A stretch of 64,000 bases of DNA from contig OX337236.1 of assembly GCA_946965045.2 (NCBI GenBank), forward strand, positions 2,046,001 through 2,110,000. The letters run 5' to 3'. A program made the position numbers and the translations under genes. Positions 1 to 10,842 of the stretch are shown in pieces. The first letter of the stretch is position 1. Each line of letters opens with the position of its first letter. The notes beneath the pieces were generated by a model. It saw nothing but the letters and a program-made list of their open reading frames with translations, was not told the DNA's origin and searched no databases. The stretch is from Epithemia pelagica. Lineage: Eukaryota > Protista > Bacillariophyta.

Positions 1-3000
1 TTGCAAGTCGTCACGTCGTTTGCACTGCGTACCCTTCTACTGGAAGATATGTGGTTTCTTGAAGAAGGAACAGCCGTGGTTTTTTTCGACGAATCACTTC
101 TTCCACCGCGGTATGGGAAAGAGTGGTTGGAGACATGGCGTGATACTGCGCAGTCCAAATTCCTCCCTACGGTTCTGTTCCAAGGCCGCCCGTACAAGCA
201 GGTAACAGGGTGGGTCCATCGAAATAGCGATACTGAACATGTCATAGGCGACCATGTTTATCGACATTTGTTTCAGGCCATGTCAGAGCATGGACAGCGG
301 GGCATACTTATCAAGTGTCCCATTTTCTCTGCTATTGACTGCAACATCTCCTTCCCTCCGACCAATTTCTTGCAACAGCAACTTCCATGGTTTCTCGTCT
401 ACAATTATCCAAATGGGATATTTGTCCAGGCGGACTATCATCCGGAGCGCAATTGGCTTGCCATTTTCAAGAAGCTCAATGCCGAGAACAACGACAGACT
501 TACCCTTTTCCATCGTGTTTTACAAGAGAGCCCAGGCGACCGATATATCATGTCGGAACTCAGGAGCGTTTGGGAGCGCTTCCAACTCCAACAGCAAGCC
601 AATGCGCAGAAAGTGGAATATGAGAAAAAAATGTCAGACGCTCTGGCTCAAGCCAATCAAAAGCATACAGTCCTCCCTCCACCCATCATTGAGCCCAGTA
701 AAGCCTTTAAAAAGTACTGTGCGATGGTCGATACGAGAGTGACGGAACAATTAGAGCATTGCTTTGGGAAATTCAACAACATCTTCGAGAAATTTCTCTC
801 GGAGCATGAGATGAGGCAACTAGCGAATGAGCTGGAACAACGACTACCACAACAATTCAATGCCATAATGGGATACAGTGGATACGCGAGGAAAATTGAA
901 GAGGCTCCCGAGGATGAACGAGCAATGCTCCGGAAAAGGTACAGCTTGGACGTGTTCTTCCAGTTTGTTGTGCAAGCACGCAAACACAACAATCATCTCC
1001 TTGTTCCTTTTGGAATTGTTTTTGCCTTGGCCCAGTATGCATGTGGGCATGGCATGTTGGCCACACAGATTCCGGTTTGGTTTGGACTTTCAGTGTCCAA
1101 GCGAACCATGGAACGAAGGGTTGCAGAATGTATCAACAGCTACGACACAAAGGTACAGCAATCAATAAGGAATGTGACCCATCTTCTCTGCGTATTCGAC
1201 AATTTGCAAGACGGTCGATTGCTACAGTTTCAGCGGGGTCAAAGTGCTATATATACACGCGTGACTGCCCGCTTCGTGATGGCCATGTATCTTGAACGGC
1301 TACCTACGTGGGTTTATTCCTTCCTCGCGAGACCCGAACTGACGTACATCCAACAGGCAATACCGTCGCCCTACCATTTGCCAGCCTTCGAACGTAGCAA
1401 GGACTGTAGTATTGGTGCTACCTTACGATCTGTTTTTGACGGTACATACATCTCCGATATTGAACAAACTGGAAATGCGTTTGATTGTTCAGGAAGCCGC
1501 GTGCGATCTTACGTTCAACTCATTGGCCTATGTCAACAACTACAGTGCCTCAAGCGCTTTCTGTCGACGAGGCGAAAGCCCGACAAGGGCACTGATTACA
1601 CTCTACAACCTGTCAAATTTGCAATCGACAAAAAGAGGGCACTAGTATGCAAGGCAATGAATGGTTTGCGAAAAAAGCGAGACACCAATATTTATTCCGT
1701 TGCACGGCAGTTCCCATCTAAATTGGTTCGGTTGTGGCGTCATATCCCTCCAGTGGCCGAGTTATTGATACTTCCTGTCTCAGTCCTAGATGAAACAACT
1801 AAGATTGGCGTATCTGGGATTATTCTGGACTTCATGGTGACCCATGGTCTCCTTGTATGGGATGCCGGTAAGAGTGTGTACAAGCCTGGTGCCGATTGGG
1901 AGACAAAATGGCTCTTTGTGGTGGGAGATGGACTCTCGATAGAGCGCATGTTTCAGTTCTTTGATGACGTTATGAGCATCATTGATTCAAAGAAGATGTC
2001 TTTTCGGAATGCATATCGCCAGGCAATGTCTATTAAGATGGTTCTGCACCGAGTGGTGCCCATCACTGGCGACCTCCACGTGCGGTTTCATATGCTAGAG
2101 TCCATTTATCGATTGTTCCATGGAGGCTTTCTGCAGTGTCTACAATACCGGCTTAAATAGAAACGGCTGGATGCTGTGGACGTCTCGAACAGCTATCGTC
2201 TTTCACATCGTTTGGTAATCCTCGTATTCGAGGAGTTGGACCGCTTAATGCTCGACACATATGTCTGCAATCATCTTTCGGAACAGAAGATGAAAGGTTT
2301 CTTGGACAAGGGTGAGGTCGAAGAACTGGCCGTTTTTATTTCGAAGGATTACTTGGGATTCCTAAATCGCCAGGTACGAGAAAGTTGTTACTGGCTACGT
2401 CGCTTTCTTTGCAATTATCTTCTGATGGTCCGAAAATATGTAATGTTCTTGGAAGCGGAGCAACAAGGAGATGCAGTTGCCATGGAATCAATGGTGGTCG
2501 AGTTTCTGCCCTATTTCTACATAGCAGGAAAGACGACATCCTTCAATATCCAACTGCGCCTCATGGAGTTATACTACCATGGATTGCCTATTTCGGTTCT
2601 ACAGCAAGTGAGATTAAATCGAACCAAGAGACAAAAACCAGGCAGCATTCCGTTGTCTTTCCAGAAAGAGAGCGCCTTGGACCAAATCATGGAAAGACTG
2701 ATGCCTTTCTTCAAGGCTATGAACCATTTGGGAACAGAGGCATCATTCGTTAAAGTCTCACAAATGCTCACGGCATGTCAACGTGCCAAGCATTTCGTTG
2801 AGTTTTATACCCGTACAAGATCTGACGGCGAATATGAGCTTGCAGAACGTTCACTAGAAGATCAAAGTCCCACGGATAAAGACGTTGACGAGTACAAACT
2901 TGCTGATCCAGGGCAACGAAACAAGAGCACAACCTATCCCAAGAGCAGGGTCAACCGTGCTCTTGTTACCGAAGTGTTGGTATTAGCTGAATGCCATGTG

Positions 3001-3927
3001 ATTCCAGCAGATGGAGGGGGGTCGATTGCAATCGATGTGGACCACTTTTGGCAGGCGTTAGATAAAACCTCGTTGGAAGTGCAGAAGAAGGTGCGCCGCT
3101 GTGGTTCGGGAAAAGTGGAGAACAATGCAACTGATGAATTTGTACTGGTTCAAGCAAAGGGCATGATGGAACGACTGACTAAGGCGAATGATAGTACAGC
3201 CAATCAAGAAGAGGAAGTCGATGACACAATGGATGACGACGAAGAGTCCGTCATTGACTTAGAGGACGCGATGAAGGAACAAGACGCCGAAGCGACGGTC
3301 CATAATCTGTCAGTGTTCAGCGACGATGAGGAGACTGCCGTCCTTGATATAGAATATGGGAACCCTGAGTTCTGTGGCACCCAACCAAGCGTTGAGCTTG
3401 AACCGGACGACGCTGAAGATGGCAAAGAAGGTGAAGCATATGAAGCGGAAGAGGAATGCCAACTCCAGGAAACGCAACTTGACGACATCATCAATGACGA
3501 AGCCACTGAAGGACTGGAAAAAGAGGACAATGATGGTGAAGATGATGAGGAGGCATCACAGACTGATGGAAGTCAACAAGAAAACCCCGGAGAAGAGGGG
3601 AATGATTCCGGATTAAGGGAGAAAGGTGCAGTGAAAGGTATGAAGATTGTGAAGATGAATAAAGTGGCGGCTAGAGATGTTGTATCAGTGGCGTTGGAGA
3701 AAATAGCAGAAAAAAACATCATTGCCGGACGAGGTAGAGAAACAGAAAGGAAGGAAAGAGAGGACCATTTTCTTCGGTACAAGTTGTATAAGAGGCTTGA
3801 AGACATGGAGGACGAGGGAAGTATATTGGATTTGTCAGACGGCGAAAATGATGTGGCATCAGGTACTGAAACTAGATTGGATCGTGCCTCAATGTGTTTC
3901 GAAGAGTTCAAGCAATCGATTCATTAA
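1..3927 (+). pseudogene. Large DUF6589-like putative RNase H-fold (DDE) transposase ORF, 5'-truncated by the window edge and interrupted by one in-frame TAG (2158-2160)
   Basis: ORFs 1..2160 and 2176..3927 are in the same frame and read RLK*KRLDAVDVS across the stop, compatible with TGG(W)->TAG. Motifs CVFDNLQ, VVGDGLS.ERM, GDLHVRFH and ALDQIMERLMPFFK resemble the DUF6589-type D..GD..H..E pattern. Long acidic C-terminal tail. Confidence 0.55.
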
Positions 3928-3952
3928 GTAGTTTAAGGATAGTAGTAAATGA

Positions 3953-6130
3953 TCATTCAAAAAGATTGAAGCCCAACCACGATTCATCGCGATTCATCCT
4001 AGGAGTTCCGTCTGGAAAGTAGCCCAGGCTGGCCCTAAGTTGGAATCCCTCAGTCTCTGGGACAATGATTTGGGCAGCAAAGCATTTCATTAAGAGTGCT
4101 TTGGTTCGCTGCTTGGCAGAGCGTGGATTCTTCAAGTGGAATACTCGTTTTGCAAATATTTTCTCTGGCTCGCCAGCAGTATCGAAGGTCTCAAATTGTA
4201 GTAGTTGGTCCAAAAAGCAGTCCTTGCGGAGGGATCGCTTTTCAGTTTCGAGCTTTTGTGTAATAAAAATTTCCACAAAGTATGCTTTCAAAGCAGTCTT
4301 GTCGACCTTGCCGTCCAAGGGGGTGGAGAGGGAGGATGTTGAACATTGCCAACAAGCATTGTTGCATTTTCTTCCTATATCACACACTGCTGGACGAAAG
4401 GGGTGCAACATTTTCGATTCAAGCTGGCAATGGAGGCATTGACCATTCGACAGACAAATGAGAGACAAAACAGGAAGCAAATTACGCCATTGCCGCTGAG
4501 ACAGATCGTCATACGAGATTGGTACTGTACCGGCAGACTGCTTGGACTGTTCTTGGCTGTGCACATCGCTAGGCTGATTGGTATTATTCTTGTTTTGCGA
4601 CGCTTCATACTTGGGGATTACGAATATGCGGGTCATTAGGGCAACAAGGCTGTTGAATGAGATAACAACAGTAAATGAAGAATTAGATGGTGATGCATGA
4701 GAACTCCTCCCACAGCGTCCCATACATTGGAGAAAGTCTTCGATGGTGGCAGGGAATCCGTGAAAAATGACATGATTGACATCTGAACAATCGATGCCAG
4801 AACTTGTGGTTCCGGCGGTAGCAAATAGTGCAATTGGGTCGAAGCGTAGTTCACGGCCAGTGGTTGGACACTCATCTAACAAAGGTTGTCCCACGAACAT
4901 TTCTGTGTTGTGAAATTTCTGTTCACGGAACATAGTTCCGTGAACAAGAAGAAGGTCTTTCTGAATTCCGTGGTGATTGAGTGCCAGTCGACTCTTCGTG
5001 AACAGGTTGATCAAGGCTTTCCTGGAATTGGAATAAACGATTAGCTTTTGGCCTTTGTTGGACCGACTGATAGTGAGAAGGTCACTTTTGATATGGCGAA
5101 TGGGTGACTCTTTAAATGAGAGGTTGATAAATACGTTCCTCCGTTGTACACCGGAATGGGAAGAAGGCCAAATGAGATCTCGTTGCAAATCAAAAGAAAG
5201 GCCAGTCAGAGCCAAAAGATCGTTGACCATACTTTGAGACACTGTGGCCGTCATGAAAAGGATGGGAATTGGGTGCTTCGTTTCTCTGAGTATAGTTCGA
5301 AACAAACATTTCCGTAGTTGTCCAAATTCCGCACGAAATTCCATTCCATGGCTTGCATAGAGATGACATTCGTCAACAGAAAGAAGGCGAAGGGTCCCAT
5401 TGCGACAACAAGCAGCAATAGTCTGCTGCCATAATGGATCGTTGGTGATCTTCTGGGGCGAAGAAAACAAGAAGACATGTTTGTTGCTTGAGGCGTCGTT
5501 TTTTAGCCCTTCGAGATGATTGCGGAGAGCCGTGTTGAGTTTATCTGAACGCAAAACGTCAAGATTGAAGACTTGCAGGCGCCGACCGAGACCTTGGGAC
5601 AGGGACAGTTGCGACAATTTGGCGGTTTGATCCGCGGCCAGACTGAGTAGGGGCACGATGGTAATGGTAATGCCGCCACATAGAATGCCAGCGACATCAC
5701 GGACGGCGGATTTGCCACCACCTGTAGAACGGACAAGAAGGATCGGCCGCAGTAGGGAAGGGGCGTTGATGATCCTGGGGGTGTGCCGAGTAAGGACGTC
5801 TCCACATGCCTTTAGTTGCCACGGTCGGGCGGTTTTGCCATGCCAATCCGAGAAGCGCAATAAAATGGACTGTTCTAGCAATGGCAAACTGTAGGATCTG
5901 TAGTGGGTAGTAGGAGGGAAGGAAGGAGAGTGTTTGTTGGGCGCATGGGGACAATATTGAAGCCCAGTGGAAGTGTCTTCGTTCCTGCCGTTGTTGCTAC
6001 GCGGATGGGTCTGTATGGACGTCTCGAAGCTGACGGAATTATGCCTTGGAGACCCTGGAGCCGCTTCAGAATACTCTTCCATATCATGAAGGGTTGAGGC
6101 ATGGGCTTCGTTGCGGTTTTGAAGGTCCAT
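3953..6130 (-). CDS. RecQ-family (SF2) DNA helicase, intronless, probably element-encoded
   Basis: Motif I STGGGKS, Ia IVPLLSL, II DECH, III MTAT, V TSSGIDCSDV, VI QCMGRCGR, then a RecQ-type Zn cluster (CLHC...CNNACWQC). Its stop lies 25 bp from the stop of the transposase-like ORF. Confidence 0.85.
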   Translation of the reverse strand: MDLQNRNEAHASTLHDMEEYSEAAPGSPRHNSVSFETSIQTHPRSNNGRNEDTSTGLQYCPHAPNKHSPSFPPTTHYRSYSLPLLEQSILLRFSDWHGKTARPWQLKACGDVLTRHTPRIINAPSLLRPILLVRSTGGGKSAVRDVAGILCGGITITIVPLLSLAADQTAKLSQLSLSQGLGRRLQVFNLDVLRSDKLNTALRNHLEGLKNDASSNKHVFLFSSPQKITNDPLWQQTIAACCRNGTLRLLSVDECHLYASHGMEFRAEFGQLRKCLFRTILRETKHPIPILFMTATVSQSMVNDLLALTGLSFDLQRDLIWPSSHSGVQRRNVFINLSFKESPIRHIKSDLLTISRSNKGQKLIVYSNSRKALINLFTKSRLALNHHGIQKDLLLVHGTMFREQKFHNTEMFVGQPLLDECPTTGRELRFDPIALFATAGTTSSGIDCSDVNHVIFHGFPATIEDFLQCMGRCGRSSHASPSNSSFTVVISFNSLVALMTRIFVIPKYEASQNKNNTNQPSDVHSQEQSKQSAGTVPISYDDLSQRQWRNLLPVLSLICLSNGQCLHCQLESKMLHPFRPAVCDIGRKCNNACWQCSTSSLSTPLDGKVDKTALKAYFVEIFITQKLETEKRSLRKDCFLDQLLQFETFDTAGEPEKIFAKRVFHLKNPRSAKQRTKALLMKCFAAQIIVPETEGFQLRASLGYFPDGTPRMNRDESWLGFNLFE

Positions 6131-6160
6131 GGTGAGTACAAAGGGACCTCACTCGTTGGT

Positions 6161-6383
6161 CGCCGTGGTGAGACCGTGGAGGTGAAAATGGATTTGTATC
6201 AACCTCGAGAAATCGCCAATTTTGGAGGACGCGCCGTGGGGGTGAGAACCAGAGTGCAGCTTTTTTCCGACTGAGGCCTGCGGGACTCACTCACCCCCGC
6301 TGGGGGTAACGCGCCGTGGGGGTGAGAAAGAGTTTGCACACCAGAATCGAATCACTAAACCTCATGACTCACCCCCGCTGGGG
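6161..6383. repeat. Direct and inverted GGGGGTGAG-core repeats, probably subterminal repeats of the transposase/RecQ element
   Basis: ACGCGCCGTGGGGGTGAGAA occurs at 6229-6248 and 6309-6328. The inverted-core ACTCACCCCCGCTGGGG occurs at 6289-6305 and 6367-6383. Degenerate copies at 6161-6187. Confidence 0.75.
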
Positions 6384-6868
6384 AGTATTTGAGACCTCTC
6401 AGTTTCTATCTACCTGTTCAGGGCATCCGTAATAAAAGAGAGGTGATATTATGAGCTTAGTCAATGGTAAATGAGGTTGGAGTTTGCAACGATTCAGAAC
6501 CAGGAAGTCGTCATCTTCAGCAGAGATTTTAGGTGCCCGAACTTTCGTATCTTCCGAGTTCCGGACATTGATCGAGTTTCAGTGACAAGTCATCGTGGTT
6601 GGCACAATGAGAATCGAGACTACACGAGTTTCTTTCGGCTGTGCTTGTTGCTTCTTCCTGGTATCCGTAATCAAGAGGAGAACGATGACCAAAGAGAGCG
6701 GAGAATGCATTGGGTTTCTTTGACAAGTGGTGGACCACCAGATGGCGGCAAGAAGTATGCTTGTGCGATACTTTCTGCTTTGTAGGTCCCAAGTAATTCA
6801 AAGTATAACCAGTTTGTTACGTTTATATCCATGCCACAATATCCAGCAGTCGCGTTGCCCGGTTTCAC

Positions 6869-8497
6869 TCACACTCGCACGACACTGGCAGGTTTCCCTT
6901 CCGCCTTGTGGCTCTTGTCTTTCATCAATGATGATGAATTGGAAGAAGAGGAAGCATCCAATCGTTTAATTTCTTGTACCACATATTGGACGGCTCGATC
7001 AATGTCGTCTCTCGTGGTTGAGGGCCCGATAGACCATCGCAAGGTACCTTTTGCAACCTCCACTGGGACTTGCATTGCTTGCAAGACAGAACTAATGTGG
7101 GTGGTTGTTATTCCAGTGGCGCTGCTGCTATGACATGAGGCTCCGGCGCTAACGGCAACCAAGTGTCCAACGGTGGCCAACAAGGCATTCACGTTAAAAA
7201 CTCCACGAATGCTCACGTACAAGGTATTGGGCAAACAGTCATAATCTTGGTCCGCATGGTCGTCCTTGTGGTCCTCTTGACAACGCACAAGGTCATCGTG
7301 AGGTCCATGAACTACCAGTCGATTCTCTCCCAAGGCCAATGCCAAATGTTGGTACAAGCGTCGTTTCATGGATCGCATATGTCGCGCCCGACGGGGCCAA
7401 TCGTGCGCCGCTTGTGCAGCAGCGACTCCCATGCCCACAATATATGGCACGTTTTCTGTCCCACCCCGTCGTCCAAACTCTTGTCCTCCTCCATGAAGCA
7501 AAATATGGCCAGCAGGAGATTGTCGACTGTGTTCGTCGAGACAATTGGGTCGAACATAGAGACAGGCAATGCCCTTGGGAGCGCCTAGTTTGTGTCCCAC
7601 CAAGGTAACCAAGTCCACACCTCCCAAGGCCGATTCCAGGTGTAGCGAAACCTTGCCTGCTGCTTGCGCCGCATCCGTGTGACATAAAATGCCGTGTTGT
7701 CGACAATACTTAGCCACCTCTCGAACTGGTTGCATGGCTCCCGTTTCATTGTTGGCCAACATCAGGGTCACCAACACGACCCTGTCGGCATGTTTTTGAA
7801 TGGCTGTCACAATATCCTGTGCCGCGACACACCCGTTGCGTTGCACAGGTACATACGTGACGGTGCAAACTTGCTGACTGTGCTCCAACCAATCCAAGCA
7901 TGCGGCAATGGCTGGGTGTTCAATATTGGTTGTAATAATATGTGGCTTCTTGTTCTTTTTGTTGACAAACCAATGGCGAGTGGATTGCAAGGCCAAATGA
8001 ATGGCTAGATTGTCGGCTTCAGTACCACATGAGGTGAACCATATACTTGAGGACGGAAGAGGCAAACTGCTGTCATTGTTGTTTTTTGTTCTCTTGTCGG
8101 ACAGCGAAGATGGTGTGTCAACCAAAAGACGTAGAATTTGTGTACGAGCTACTTCGACAGCTTGTCGCGGACTTGTGCCATAGACATGGGCGCTGCTGGG
8201 ATTGCCAAAGTGTGTGGTAAAGTAGGGTATCATGGCCTCCAATACTTGAGGATCAATGGGTGTTGTGCCGTTGTAATCCAAATAAATGCAGTCGCTCTTG
8301 TTCGTTTTGCTTCCAGCTCTTGGTGTGGAAGTCCCCGAAGACAGGAAAGTGGTCGAAACTGCCACCCCTACCAGGAAAGCCACAGCCACAGTCGTGGCCA
8401 GTACCAAGAAAAATGGACGAGGATCACTGCCATCCGTATCCACACCACCACAACTCCAAAGAAATAGTTGTGTTCGGGCGGTCTCCAACATGAACAT
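6869..8497 (-). CDS. Selenocysteine lyase / NifS-like class V PLP-dependent cysteine desulfurase
   Basis: YLDYNGTTP, FGNPSSAH, HTDAAQAAGK, GHKLGAPKG (PLP lysine), GTENV and SAGASCHS. The GAxCHS form is closer to SCLY than to NFS1 SGSACTS. Confidence 0.85.
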   Translation of the reverse strand: MFMLETARTQLFLWSCGGVDTDGSDPRPFFLVLATTVAVAFLVGVAVSTTFLSSGTSTPRAGSKTNKSDCIYLDYNGTTPIDPQVLEAMIPYFTTHFGNPSSAHVYGTSPRQAVEVARTQILRLLVDTPSSLSDKRTKNNNDSSLPLPSSSIWFTSCGTEADNLAIHLALQSTRHWFVNKKNKKPHIITTNIEHPAIAACLDWLEHSQQVCTVTYVPVQRNGCVAAQDIVTAIQKHADRVVLVTLMLANNETGAMQPVREVAKYCRQHGILCHTDAAQAAGKVSLHLESALGGVDLVTLVGHKLGAPKGIACLYVRPNCLDEHSRQSPAGHILLHGGGQEFGRRGGTENVPYIVGMGVAAAQAAHDWPRRARHMRSMKRRLYQHLALALGENRLVVHGPHDDLVRCQEDHKDDHADQDYDCLPNTLYVSIRGVFNVNALLATVGHLVAVSAGASCHSSSATGITTTHISSVLQAMQVPVEVAKGTLRWSIGPSTTRDDIDRAVQYVVQEIKRLDASSSSNSSSLMKDKSHKAEGKPASVVRV

Positions 8498-8710
8498 TTT
8501 TCAGAAACAAAGAGCTTTCTTTCAGAAGCAATGGCCCGGGATTCCCGTGTACAGCGAGACGACAAAAAGAACGACAATAGGGAGAGAGCTCTAACTGCAA
8601 GGACAACACCGATACCACAACAACGAGGAAAAGGCTTGTTGTTCGCTTGTGATCTATTTGAAAAAAGATCTTCTGGAATGTATCCATCCACCCACACCCA
8701 CTAATCCATA

Positions 8711-8869
8711 TGTCTTATTCGGGTCGTGGGAACAAAACCCGGATATGGGAATTCTTTGGGGGTTTTACCGTTTACATGGTTACTATTTTGGGGATCCTTA
8801 CATTAGTGGTTTAGCCTTATAATATCTTTTAAATTGCACGTTAAATAAGGTATCGACTGGAACAAGACA
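8711..8869 (+). repeat. 5' LTR (159 bp)
   Basis: TGTCTTATTC...GAACAAGACA with 9/10 terminal inverted repeat; 157/159 identical to the 3' LTR by manual comparison. Confidence 0.97.
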
Positions 8870-8883
8870 GTTTATCAGACCCA
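8870..8883 (+). promoter_or_regulatory. Putative primer-binding site (degenerate tRNA-iMet type)
   Basis: GTTTATCAGACCCA directly follows the 5' LTR. It matches TGGTATCAGAGCCA at 10/14 positions but lacks the TGG. Confidence 0.5.
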
Positions 8884-8925
8884 CTGCGGTATTGAGAGGA
8901 AGTAAACGAAGTGAACTACAGGAAT

Positions 8926-10842
8926 ATGGTAACGAATACTAGAGCTACGACGAAGAATCCACCGGAAACAAGCCCCGAAGGGCAAGGAACGGGAACCGCT
9001 GTCCCAGCGGGGGGAGCCAGTACGGATACGGGTAGTAGAAAGATGCCCGCGAGGAAAACAGGAACGGAACGGAACCCCAGTGGTGGTGGCACTGGTGGAA
9101 GTACTGGCGGCTCTAGTAATAGAGCCGGGAGTTCAAGTAGTGGAACGAGAGGAACAAGAAGCGCGTCGACACGGGGCGAAACCGCTGGAGGTGCACCCGC
9201 TGGCGGCGGAGACGGCGGCGCTGGAGGAGACGGCGGCGCTGGAGGAGGCGGTGGTGGTGGTGGACACGGCGATGATGGCGATGGTGGTGCACCGCCTCCC
9301 CCGATACCGCACCCGCCTGCAGGACCACCACCCGCGCTTTCGCAAGTCGGGCTGGTATTGACCGTGTGCGGGGCAAACGCAAACGAAATTCAAGTACTAG
9401 AAAACATAGAACGTCTTAATTCGTTACACGCCTTCGGACGAATGAGTAAGGATGATGTCACGTCCTTAGCTTCAAGGTTGGAGAAACGCCCTGGACCGAA
9501 TAATATAAGCCTTCCAACAAGCGTCGTAAAGAATCTTCAAGGGCTGTGTTTTTGGGCTTCCAAGGCCCGTAGACAGAGGCGTGACATCACTGCTGCCGAC
9601 TTCGACCAAGTGGTACTCTCGGATGCCCTCGACGAGATGGAAATTAAAGCAGAAACTGACAAGGCACCGGAAATTAAGCCCGAAATCCTCAAGGAAGAGA
9701 TATGGGAAGATTGGTCTCGCGAATTCCCTACCTATTTGTCCCACATAATTGGGAAGCAACAAGCCCCACTCGACTATGTAATTAGGCCTGAAATTCAACC
9801 TGGACACGTCTTTCAAACTCTCCGAGAGCAAGAATTGTACACTTACCCTCTGACTGGACCATTCTTTCACGAAGACAACAAGGCAGTGTACCGGTTGCTT
9901 AGTGACCGTGTACGCGACCAACCCGCAACGTGGATTCAACCCTACCAGGCATCCCAGAACGGTCGAGCGGCATGGTTAGCCTTGGTAGCACACTACGATG
10001 GCGGCGGCCAGAAAGAGAAACGTATCAACAAGGCTGAAGCTATCCTTAGTTCCGTATTTTATCACAACGAGAGAGCGTTTAGCTTCGACGCCTATTCTAC
10101 CAAGCTTCTACGTGCATTCCGCACGCTCGAAGAGACACCTAATCGACGCTCAAATGCAAATCAGGTCAAGATCTTGCTGGACAACATCCGAATTGCAACG
10201 GCCGAGTTTGCCGTCATAAAAAGCACCGTGCGAAGCAACTACAGGTCTAATTTAGATGACGCCATCGCCTATATCTCGCGTGAAGTCTCGGAACTGTACC
10301 CGAATGTCATCGGAGGCAGTGGCACACGTCCTGGCACTCGGCACCGGTTTATCTCGGAAACACACACGGGCGAACAGTCACCCGCTTCCCGTCCACGGAA
10401 CTTTGCGGGTCTCCAACAGCACAACGGTATTTTCACCTTCTACGGCGTTGACGTCACGGACGTCAGCCGCCGATTCACTTCCCAGGAGATGGCCACTCTT
10501 GGGCCCGCCGGACAGGCGTACATCCATCAGGAACGAGCTCGGCTCCGCAGCTCAGGTGATCGTGGCGGCCGTGGTGGTGGCCGCGGCCGTGGCTACGGGC
10601 GGGGACGTGGTGATTGGGGGCGCGGTGGTGATTGGGGGCGCGGTTCTGCTGCCAGTGGACGCGGCATTGGCAATGTCGACGTGAATGAGAATAATGAGCC
10701 ACCATCGGTCATCACAGACCCGTCTGTCGGCGGAGGTACCAATGGACATGCCGCTGGTAGTGCGGCGGGAACCGAGAATCCCGGTAGCAACGACCGTGGC
10801 AGCACCAACGGACGCAGATTCGGAGCCGGCGCATATGAGTGA
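8926..10842 (+). CDS. gag: Copia Gag
   Basis: First ORF after the PBS. Contains a copia capsid-like core (PLDYVIRP, GRAAWLAL..HYDG, FSFDAY) and an RGG-rich C-terminus instead of a CCHC knuckle. Ends in TGA. Confidence 0.9.
   Translation: MVTNTRATTKNPPETSPEGQGTGTAVPAGGASTDTGSRKMPARKTGTERNPSGGGTGGSTGGSSNRAGSSSSGTRGTRSASTRGETAGGAPAGGGDGGAGGDGGAGGGGGGGGHGDDGDGGAPPPPIPHPPAGPPPALSQVGLVLTVCGANANEIQVLENIERLNSLHAFGRMSKDDVTSLASRLEKRPGPNNISLPTSVVKNLQGLCFWASKARRQRRDITAADFDQVVLSDALDEMEIKAETDKAPEIKPEILKEEIWEDWSREFPTYLSHIIGKQQAPLDYVIRPEIQPGHVFQTLREQELYTYPLTGPFFHEDNKAVYRLLSDRVRDQPATWIQPYQASQNGRAAWLALVAHYDGGGQKEKRINKAEAILSSVFYHNERAFSFDAYSTKLLRAFRTLEETPNRRSNANQVKILLDNIRIATAEFAVIKSTVRSNYRSNLDDAIAYISREVSELYPNVIGGSGTRPGTRHRFISETHTGEQSPASRPRNFAGLQQHNGIFTFYGVDVTDVSRRFTSQEMATLGPAGQAYIHQERARLRSSGDRGGRGGGRGRGYGRGRGDWGRGGDWGRGSAASGRGIGNVDVNENNEPPSVITDPSVGGGTNGHAAGSAAGTENPGSNDRGSTNGRRFGAGAYE

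Noticed and set aside
2158-2176. Two separate genes 1..2160 and 2176..3927
   Set aside because: Same frame and a continuous motif across the TAG; better explained as one ORF with a W->stop change.
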